The translations under genes and the position numbers were made by a program. The notes beneath the pieces are model-generated. The model did not search any database, was not told where the DNA came from, and saw only the letters and a list, made by a program, of their open reading frames with translations. Below are positions 56,786 to 64,000 of a stretch of 64,000 nt of DNA, in pieces; position 1 is the first letter of the stretch, and the number at the start of each line of letters is the position of its first letter. This DNA is from Bacteroides sp. (GTDB taxonomy: Bacteria; Bacteroidota; Bacteroidia; Bacteroidales; Bacteroidaceae): positions 243 to 64,242 of the forward strand of contig JBJEHI010000024.1 of assembly GCA_051875915.1 (NCBI GenBank), written 5' to 3'.

Positions 56786-58087
56786 TCATGAAATCACTCG
56801 TCCAAAAAGGTCGAAATCATCGGATTTTTCTATCATCACCTGATAAAAGTTACCGATATGCAACACACGGTCTTCACAAGCAATCAGCACTTCGGGATCC
56901 ACTTCGGGCGAGTCAAACTCAGTACGCCCTACATAGTAATCTCCCTCCTTTCTATCGATGATTACCTTCATTTGCATACCAACCTTAGCCGCATTCAACT
57001 CGGCAGAAATTCCTTGCTGCAACGCCATCAACTCGTCCAGACGAGCCTGTTTCACCTCCTGCGAAATAGTGTCTTCATAGTGCTGGGCAGAATAGGTGCC
57101 TTCCTCTTCAGAATAGGCGAACGCACCCATCCGATCAAAACGGGCCTTTTGAACGAATTCTTTCAGTTCCTCAAACTCCTCCTCTCCCTCTCCGGGATGT
57201 CCCACCATCAGCGTGGTACGCAAACAGATGCCGGGCACCTCCTTGCGGAATTGTTCGATTAATTGGTATGTTTCCGCCTTTGTCACATGGCGACGCATCT
57301 TCGTCAGCACTTTGTCGCTGATGTGCTGCAGCGCGATGTCCATGTAGTTGCATACATTGGCACGTTCGCGCATCACACGAAACAAATCTGTAGGAAAATG
57401 TGCCGGATAGGCATAGTGCAGCCTGATCCATTCCACTCCGGGTATATCGGAAATCCGTTCAATCAATTCGGGCAGCATCTGCTTCTTATACAAATCTACT
57501 CCGTAATAGGTCAGCTCTTGTGCAATGACCTGAAACTCCTTGACGCCCTTGCTTACCAAGAACTTCACTTCGTCCAGAATCTCTTCCATCGGACGGGACA
57601 CATGCGGTCCTGTAATGATGGGGATAGCACAATAGGAACACTTCCGATCACATCCCTCCGAGATTTTCAGGTAAGCATAATGTTTGGGAGTGGTCAGCGT
57701 GCGCTCTATATGCAAAGCATCTCGGTACTCTTGTCCCAAATCGTGCAACAGTTCCGTCCAATTGAATTTCCCATAGAACTTGTCCACCTGCGGTATCTCC
57801 ACGGCCAACTCCTTCAAGTAACGTTCAGAGAGACAGCCCATGACGTAAAGTTTCTCCAAGCGTCCTTCCTCTTTGGCCTGCGCAAACTCCAGAATCATAT
57901 TAATGGACTCTTCCTTCGCATCGCCGATGAATCCGCACGTATTGATTACCGCTATTTCCCCTTTCGGATGAGCGGCATCATGAGTAACGTGGAAACCGAC
58001 CTCCTGAAGCTGTCTCAACAAACGTTCCGAATCCACCAGGTTCTTGGAGCAGCCCAGCGTAATGATGTCGATTGTCTTCCGTCTCAT
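56786..58087 (-). CDS. rimO: Ribosomal protein S12 methylthiotransferase
   Basis: TLGCSKNLVDSE, NTCGFI, EGCDRKCSYCAIP, TRAM domain with SPEVD. Confidence 0.95.
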   Translation of the reverse strand: MRRKTIDIITLGCSKNLVDSERLLRQLQEVGFHVTHDAAHPKGEIAVINTCGFIGDAKEESINMILEFAQAKEEGRLEKLYVMGCLSERYLKELAVEIPQVDKFYGKFNWTELLHDLGQEYRDALHIERTLTTPKHYAYLKISEGCDRKCSYCAIPIITGPHVSRPMEEILDEVKFLVSKGVKEFQVIAQELTYYGVDLYKKQMLPELIERISDIPGVEWIRLHYAYPAHFPTDLFRVMRERANVCNYMDIALQHISDKVLTKMRRHVTKAETYQLIEQFRKEVPGICLRTTLMVGHPGEGEEEFEELKEFVQKARFDRMGAFAYSEEEGTYSAQHYEDTISQEVKQARLDELMALQQGISAELNAAKVGMQMKVIIDRKEGDYYVGRTEFDSPEVDPEVLIACEDRVLHIGNFYQVMIEKSDDFDLFGRVIS

Positions 58088-59043
58088 GCGTTGTCACCAA
58101 ACAAAGATTCTACGAACTCTTTCTTGCGGAACAGCTGAAGATCTTCTATGCCCTCTCCCAAACCGATATATTTCACCGGAATCTTGAACTGGTCGGATAT
58201 ACCGATGACTACGCCACCTTTGGCCGTTCCGTCCAGTTTGGTCACAGCCATGGCCGTCACCTCTGTAGCCAAGGTGAACTGTTTGGCCTGCTCAAAGGCA
58301 TTCTGTCCGGTAGACCCATCCAGCACCAACAGCACTTCGTTGGGCGTATCGGGCACAACCTTACGCATCACATTCTTGATTTTCGTCAGCTCGTTCATCA
58401 GACCCACCTTGTTATGCAGGCGACCGGCCGTATCAATGATAACGACATCCGCTCCATTGGCCACTGCCGAACTCAATGTATCGAATGCCACAGAAGCCGG
58501 GTCGGCCCCCATCTTCTGCTTGATTACAGGTACGCCTACCCGTTCGCCCCAAATCATCAGCTGTTCCACTGCGGCAGCCCGGAACGTATCTGCCGCTCCC
58601 AGATAGACCGACTTACCAGCCTTCTTAAACTGATATGCCAGTTTACCTATCGTAGTAGTCTTTCCTACCCCGTTGACACCGACAACCATAATGACATAAG
58701 GCTTCTTCGTAATAGGAGCATCAAAGTCATCCAAATCCATTGTATTGTTTTCGGTCAGCAATGCCGCAATTTCATCGCGCAGGATGCGATTCAACTCAGT
58801 GGCATTCATATATTTGTCTACAGCCACTCGTTTCTCAATGCGTTCAATAATCTTCAGAGTTGTCTCCACTCCCACATCCGAGGTAATCAGCACCTCTTCC
58901 AGATTGTCCAGCACCTCGTCATCCACTTTCGACTTACCGGCCACGGCACGGGCTATCTTCCCGAACACGCTTTCTTTGGTCTTCGACAACCCCTTATCCA
59001 ACGTCTCTTTCTTTTCCTTAGAGAAAAAACTAAAAAATCCCAT
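58084..59043 (-). CDS. ftsY: SRP receptor FtsY
   Basis: GVNGVGKTT, DTFRAAA, DTAGR, TKLDGTAKGG. Confidence 0.97.
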   Translation of the reverse strand: MGFFSFFSKEKKETLDKGLSKTKESVFGKIARAVAGKSKVDDEVLDNLEEVLITSDVGVETTLKIIERIEKRVAVDKYMNATELNRILRDEIAALLTENNTMDLDDFDAPITKKPYVIMVVGVNGVGKTTTIGKLAYQFKKAGKSVYLGAADTFRAAAVEQLMIWGERVGVPVIKQKMGADPASVAFDTLSSAVANGADVVIIDTAGRLHNKVGLMNELTKIKNVMRKVVPDTPNEVLLVLDGSTGQNAFEQAKQFTLATEVTAMAVTKLDGTAKGGVVIGISDQFKIPVKYIGLGEGIEDLQLFRKKEFVESLFGDNA

Positions 59044-59169
59044 ACGCGCAATGTTTTCTTAAATATCGGTTATGCAGGCAGATGGTCCTCAATGCCACTC
59101 CCTACTTTCTGTGCAAAGATAATACAAAGTATTGAATTACAAGAAACTATTTCCCACAAATGTGTGAAT

Positions 59170-59212
59170 AAAAGAAATCCTCTCATCGGGATGAACCGAA
59201 AAGAGGATTTTT
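59170..59212 (-). terminator. Terminator of rpmB-rpmG-DUF4295
   Basis: AAATCCTCT...AGAGGATTT hairpin with flanking A/T tracts. Confidence 0.65.
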
Positions 59213-59255
59213 ATGAGACAATCTGCCGTTTTGACCGGCTCGCTTTGTACATCAA

Positions 59256-59414
59256 TTATTTCTTGAAGAAGCTCTGTACATCTTCGTTACGTACCATCTG
59301 CTCATCAAAGATATAAGCACCCGTCTTCGGAGACTTCACCATCTTAATGACCTTGGTATAAGCACGACCTTCTTTTGAACCTTCGTGCAAGGTTGCTACT
59401 GCTTTCTTTGCCAT
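59256..59414 (-). CDS. 52-aa DUF4295-type small protein (missing from the ORF track)
   Basis: Manual translation MAKKAVATLHEGSKEGRAYTKVIKMVKSPKTGAYIFDEQMVRNEDVQSFFKK; usual position after rpmG in Bacteroidetes. Confidence 0.88.
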   Translation of the reverse strand: MAKKAVATLHEGSKEGRAYTKVIKMVKSPKTGAYIFDEQMVRNEDVQSFFKK

Positions 59415-59426
59415 GAGTTAATCGTA

Positions 59427-59615
59427 TTATTTAATTTCTTTATGTACTGTTACACGCTTCAGGATGGGGTTATACTTTTTCAACTCCAATCTTTCAGTGG
59501 TATTCTTTCTGTTTTTCGTTGTGATATAACGAGAAGTTCCCGGCATACCGCTATCCTTATGTTCTGTACACTCCAGAATAACCTGAACTCTGTTACCTTT
59601 TGCTTTCTTTGCCAT
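59427..59615 (-). CDS. rpmG: 50S ribosomal protein L33
   Basis: ILECTE...[20 protein letters not shown]...HKE. Confidence 0.96.
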   Translation of the reverse strand: MAKKAKGNRVQVILECTEHKDSGMPGTSRYITTKNRKNTTERLELKKYNPILKRVTVHKEIK

Positions 59616-59638
59616 AATCAGTTTTCTCCTCTTCTTTA

Positions 59639-59899
59639 TTAACCAATCACTTTAATGGTTTTCCAATCACAATACCCCTTAGCTACTGCATCTTTCAGTG
59701 CAGCATCCAATCCTTTCTTATTAATCACGCGCAATCCGTTGGCGCAAATGCTCAGGCTGATCCAGCAATCCTGCTCTACATAGTAGAACTTCTTGTTAAA
59801 CAAGTTCACGTCAAAAGTTCTTTTGGTTCTTCTCTTCGAGTGTGAAACATTGTTGCCAACCATGGCCTTCTTTCCGGTAATTTGACAAATCTTTGACAT
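59639..59899 (-). CDS. rpmB: 50S ribosomal protein L28
   Basis: [10 protein letters not shown]...GNNVSHS..RTKR.F..N. Confidence 0.96.
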   Translation of the reverse strand: MSKICQITGKKAMVGNNVSHSKRRTKRTFDVNLFNKKFYYVEQDCWISLSICANGLRVINKKGLDAALKDAVAKGYCDWKTIKVIG

Positions 59900-59969
59900 T
59901 TCTATCTAATTTTTATAGTTTTCAGTTTATGCCTATTTCAAACAGAGCGCAAAGTAAGCACTTTTATTG

Positions 59970-60488
59970 TTATAAAACAAGTTTTTCGCAAAATAATTCA
60001 TTGTCTGATAGCTTTTTTCCCATTTTCAGCCGTTCAAGAAGCATCAAAAGGGCATTCTCTATCGTTTTTTTCACGTTTTTATCTCGTCCCTCATCACCGG
60101 TTTGGCACTTGGTCACAATTTCGTTTTTATAGGCAACGGCTATCCAAATTGTCCCCACCGGTTTCTCCGGAGTGCCTCCTCCCGGACCGGCAATACCCGA
60201 GGTAGCGATGGCACAGTCCGTTTTCAGTGTTTTCATCGCTCCTTTTGCCATTTCAATGACGGTTTCCCTACTCACAGCACCCTGTTTTTCCAGCGTTTCC
60301 ATCGAAACATGCAGCAACTCGTGTTTCACTTCGTTGGCATAAGCCACAATGCCACCCATAAAATAGTCGGAACTGCCCGGTACCGAAGTAATCCGTGCAG
60401 CCACTCCTCCACCGGTACAACTTTCTGCGGTGGAAAGGGACAAATTGGCCGACCGCAGCAGGCAACCAATCTCTTCTTCTAATTTCAT
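59970..60488 (-). CDS. CinA C-terminal-domain protein (PncC-like NMN deamidase)
   Basis: [28 protein letters not shown]. Confidence 0.88.
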   Translation of the reverse strand: MKLEEEIGCLLRSANLSLSTAESCTGGGVAARITSVPGSSDYFMGGIVAYANEVKHELLHVSMETLEKQGAVSRETVIEMAKGAMKTLKTDCAIATSGIAGPGGGTPEKPVGTIWIAVAYKNEIVTKCQTGDEGRDKNVKKTIENALLMLLERLKMGKKLSDNELFCEKLVL

Positions 60489-60506
60489 ATACCTATTATA
60501 TATATG

Positions 60507-61529
60507 TCACTGCAACACTACTCTTGAATAGGCAGGAGCCTCCATCGGACAGAACTCCTTATCCTGATACTTGAAGTATCCGGTCATGGCAATCATAGCT
60601 GCATTGTCGGTTGTATAACTGAATTTAGGGATAAAGATGTTCCAGCCGAACCGCGCAGCATGTTCCCGAAACGCATTCCGCAACCCATTGTTGGCCGACA
60701 CACCACCTGACAAGGCAATCTCCTTGATTCCATATTGTTTGGCAGCCTTGCGCAACTTATCCATCAAGATGTCCACGATGGTTGCCTCCAGCGAAGCTGC
60801 CAAGTCCTCTTTATGATGTTCGATGAAATCGGCATCATCCTTCAACCAATTGCGTAGCGAGTAGAGGAAAGAGGTCTTGAGACCACTGAAACTGTAATCC
60901 AATCCCGGGATATGCGGCTTGCTGAACGTAAAGGCTTTCGGATTGCCCTGACGTGCCAGTTTGTCGATAATAGGCCCGCCGGGATAGCCCAGCCCCATCA
61001 CCTTGGAACACTTGTCGATGGCTTCTCCGGCAGCATCGTCAATGGTCTGACCCAATATCTCCATATCATTATAGGCCTTCACCAATACAATCTGTGAGTT
61101 ACCGCCCGACACCAGCAGACAAAGGAAAGGGAAATGAGGCTGTCTGTTTTCATCGCCTTCTGCTTTAATAAAATGAGCTAAAATATGTCCACTCAGATGA
61201 TTAACATCAATCATCGGAATTCCAAGTGAACGGGCGAAACCCTTTGCAAACGATACACCTACCAACAGCGAACCCATCAGTCCCGGCCCACGGGTGAAAG
61301 CCACTGCACTCAACTCCTCCTTCGTTACTCCGGCACGTCTTAACGCCTCGTGTACCACCGGTACGATATTCTGCTGGTGTGCTCTCGAAGCCAATTCCGG
61401 CACTACACCACCGTATGCTTCATGCACGGCCTGACTGGCTACCACATTCGAAAGCAGATATCCGTCCTTGATGACGGCAGCCGAAGTATCGTCGCAAGAA
61501 GACTCTATACCCAAGATTACTGTACTCAT
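60507..61529 (-). CDS. tsaD: tRNA N6-adenosine threonylcarbamoyltransferase
   Basis: GIESSCDDT, GGVVPELASR, HLSGH, DDAAGE, TDNAAMI. Confidence 0.97.
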   Translation of the reverse strand: MSTVILGIESSCDDTSAAVIKDGYLLSNVVASQAVHEAYGGVVPELASRAHQQNIVPVVHEALRRAGVTKEELSAVAFTRGPGLMGSLLVGVSFAKGFARSLGIPMIDVNHLSGHILAHFIKAEGDENRQPHFPFLCLLVSGGNSQIVLVKAYNDMEILGQTIDDAAGEAIDKCSKVMGLGYPGGPIIDKLARQGNPKAFTFSKPHIPGLDYSFSGLKTSFLYSLRNWLKDDADFIEHHKEDLAASLEATIVDILMDKLRKAAKQYGIKEIALSGGVSANNGLRNAFREHAARFGWNIFIPKFSYTTDNAAMIAMTGYFKYQDKEFCPMEAPAYSRVVLQ

Positions 61530-61631
61530 ACTGTTTATTTACGTTTAAACGCTGCAAAAGTAGTGATAAAAGTAGATTCATAACGTAATATTTCATATTT
61601 TTGTTGGCCGATTATAAAAATTAACCGCCCT

Positions 61632-64000
61632 ATCAAAAGAGTAGAAAAAATAGTCCGCTGGATACTCGGTATCACCTTAGGATGCTATATCGGGACAATC
61701 CTTCTGCTGAACATACCTTTTGTTCAGCAGCGTTTGTCTGCGTCTGTAGCCAAAGAGCTTGGGACGGTGTTAGGAAGCCGGCTTTCCATCGAGCGTATTG
61801 ATTTGGGATTGCTGAACCGCATCATCATCCACAACCTGCTTTTGGAAGACCAGAAGGGTGAAGAGTTGCTGAAGGCTACCCGGCTTTCTGCCAAATTCGA
61901 CATCACTCCCCTGTTCAGAGGAAAGATATCCATCAGCAACGTACAGCTCTTCGGATTCAACATCCAACTGAACAGAGCGCATCCCGAAGCAACCCCCAAC
62001 TTCCAGTTCGTGCTTGATGCACTTGCATCCAAAGATGACCAGTCCAAGGAGAACCACCTTGACCTGCGTATCAACTCCATCTTGATACGTAGAGGACGGA
62101 TTTCATACGATGTCCTTTCCGAAGCCGAGACACCCGGCAAGTTCAACACTTCCCATGTACGGCTTCGCAACATCAGAGCCAACGTATCACTGAAGGCTTT
62201 GCAGAACGACTCCATCAATGCTGCCATCAAGAGACTGGGTATGGAGGAAGCGCATTCCGGCTTTGAACTGAAGGCATTGGATCTAAAGGTCATTGGGAAT
62301 CGGCAGGGTACGCATATCGACCAGTTTTCCATTGCACTGCCTCACACCCAGCTCTGCACTGACACCATCCGACTGGAGTACGACAGTCTGGCTGCATTCA
62401 AAGACTTTGCACAGCAGGTTCGCTTCTCCTTCCATCTGCAACCTTCGCAGATAGCCCTACAGGATTTGGCAGCCTTTGTCCCCACCTTCGCTTCGTTCAA
62501 AGAGAAGATTGCGATAGAAGTGCTCACCTCCGGTACTCTCGACCAACTGGAATGCCCCATTCTTTCCATTTCCTCCGGCAATCATTTCCGACTGATGGGG
62601 CATCTGTTACTAAAGGATCTTTCGGATCCGAAAGAGACATACGTATCCGGCAACCTCTCCCAGCTGTATGCCGATCAGGAAGGCATCGGCTTCTTTCTGC
62701 ACAACTTCAGCAACAACCACCAAGGCATCCCTACTCCATTGAGACAATTAGGCACCGCACAGTTCACCGGTGAGATAGCAGGTCACTTGACCAATCTGTC
62801 AACCTCGGGACTGGTGCGCACCGACCTTGGTAAGGTAAAGAGCAACCTCAAGCTCAAGTCGGACAGAGAGAAGGGAGTATTTGCGTATGCCGGTGGCATT
62901 CAAACAGAAGAGTTTGAAATAGGCAAACTGTTATCCAATCCTCAGTTGGGAAGCGTCACATTCAATCTGCAAATAGACGGCCGTCACGGTCAAGGGCGAT
63001 ATCCCACCATTCTGATGAACGGACTCATATCCTCCATCGAATACAGCAGACACACCTATGAGGAAATCCGACTGGACGGAGCGTACGACAAGGGTGGTTT
63101 CAACGGACAACTGTCTCTGAACGATCCCGATGCCGCGCTGCAGATAAACGGCTCCATCAACACAGCCAGTCTGCTCCCCACCTTCAACTTTCAAGCCAGC
63201 CTCGACCATTTCCGTCCGCATAAATTAGGTCTGACTCCCGATAAATACGAGGAGAGTGAGCTATCCGTCAAGCTGAAGGCTGACTTTACCGGAGGATCCA
63301 TTGACGAGATGAAAGGAGAAATCAATATTGACAGTCTGACGTTCCATTCGCCCGACAAACGTTATTTTCTGGACAACCTGAAGATTGCAGCTACCCGCGA
63401 ATCGAATTCACAGAAGCATCTGACCATCTCCTCTAAATTCCTACAAGGCAACATTGACGGAGATTATGCCTACCATACACTCCCCGCCAGCCTTCAGAAC
63501 ATCCTGCATCGGTACTTGCCGAGTGTGGCACCTGCCTCGAAGCAAAGTGACCAGACCGACAACAACTTTCGCTTCTCTCTGCATGTATACGATACCGAGT
63601 TGCTATCAGCTCTCTCCCTCTTTCCACTGAAGGTCTATACCCACTCCACATTGCAAGGCTATGTCAACGACAAAGCGGAACGTATGCGCATCGAAGGCTA
63701 TTTCCCGCGCCTCCGATACAAAGAGAAGTACATAGAATCCGGCATGTTGCTGTGCGAGAACTCCAACAACCGTTTCCATACGCATCTCCGTTTCAGCGAA
63801 CGCAAGTCAGAAGGTACCGTCAATGTCGTGATGGAGGCCGAGGCAAAAAATGACTCGTTGCAAGCTACCTTGAACTGGGGAAACAACCGCTCCACTACCT
63901 ACTGCGGCAAGTTGTCTGCACTTACTCACTTCAGCCGTCCGCAGGAAGAAGCGTCTGCCCGTTCACACCGGAAGGAGGCCCCTCTGAAGGCACACATCGA
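61632..64000 (+). CDS. tamB: Translocation/assembly module TamB-like protein (3' end outside window; start uncertain)
   Basis: Frame read at both ends (IKRVEKIVRWILGITLGCYIGTILLLNIPFVQQ...; ...EAPLKAHI); N-terminal anchor, beta-rich, divergent from tsaD as usual in Bacteroidetes. Not every internal codon was checked. Confidence 0.8.
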   Translation, partial: MKRVEKIVRWILGITLGCYIGTILLLNIPFVQQRLSASVAKELGTVLGSRLSIERIDLGLLNRIIIHNLLLEDQKGEELLKATRLSAKFDITPLFRGKISISNVQLFGFNIQLNRAHPEATPNFQFVLDALASKDDQSKENHLDLRINSILIRRGRISYDVLSEAETPGKFNTSHVRLRNIRANVSLKALQNDSINAAIKRLGMEEAHSGFELKALDLKVIGNRQGTHIDQFSIALPHTQLCTDTIRLEYDSLAAFKDFAQQVRFSFHLQPSQIALQDLAAFVPTFASFKEKIAIEVLTSGTLDQLECPILSISSGNHFRLMGHLLLKDLSDPKETYVSGNLSQLYADQEGIGFFLHNFSNNHQGIPTPLRQLGTAQFTGEIAGHLTNLSTSGLVRTDLGKVKSNLKLKSDREKGVFAYAGGIQTEEFEIGKLLSNPQLGSVTFNLQIDGRHGQGRYPTILMNGLISSIEYSRHTYEEIRLDGAYDKGGFNGQLSLNDPDAALQINGSINTASLLPTFNFQASLDHFRPHKLGLTPDKYEESELSVKLKADFTGGSIDEMKGEINIDSLTFHSPDKRYFLDNLKIAATRESNSQKHLTISSKFLQGNIDGDYAYHTLPASLQNILHRYLPSVAPASKQSDQTDNNFRFSLHVYDTELLSALSLFPLKVYTHSTLQGYVNDKAERMRIEGYFPRLRYKEKYIESGMLLCENSNNRFHTHLRFSERKSEGTVNVVMEAEAKNDSLQATLNWGNNRSTTYCGKLSALTHFSRPQEEASARSHRKEAPLKAHI

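Noticed and set aside
58072..59316. Long antisense ORFs (also 3381-4634, 4703-5992, 10314-11393, 15073-16269, 46130-47173)
   Set aside because: Shadow frames of well-supported genes in GC3-rich DNA.

Overview
Chromosomal window from a gut Bacteroidales bacterium, probably Bacteroidaceae (inferred from gene content, TTTG/TAnnTTTG promoters and gene order). Most of it is housekeeping: clpC, htpG, patatin, 2x tRNA-Arg, DUF1460 amidase/hydrolase/OPT, MurU-like and AmgK-RapZ, tRNA-Gly, map, rmuC, lepA, mntH, sppA-lpxK-PNP-thiL, ald, ECF sigma/anti-sigma, nadC, rlmH, the moxR-bat operon, HU genes, rimO, ftsY, rpmB/G, tsaD and tamB. The stand-out feature is an ~11 kb visibly AT-richer accessory block between rlmH and batE (35.4-46.3 kb). 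It holds one tightly coupled six-gene minus-strand operon: vWA-like lipoprotein, small membrane protein, divergent FtsZ/tubulin GTPase, 1040-aa actin/Hsp70-fold ATPase, ZorA/MotA-like protein with a long helical tail, and ZorB/MotB-OmpA protein. A ~400-nt structured leader with mutually exclusive hairpins precedes it. This looks like a Zorya-like ion-driven motor coupled to tubulin- and actin-like NTPases instead of ZorC/D/E, so it is a candidate undescribed defence or envelope-surveillance system (inference, untested). Other points of interest: an orphan origin-like non-coding element behind the tRNA-Arg pair, dispersed heptamer arrays and GTAG REP-like palindromes, a candidate ~70-nt sRNA, and a tamB with no canonical start codon. 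All family calls come from motif reading; no database searches were run.
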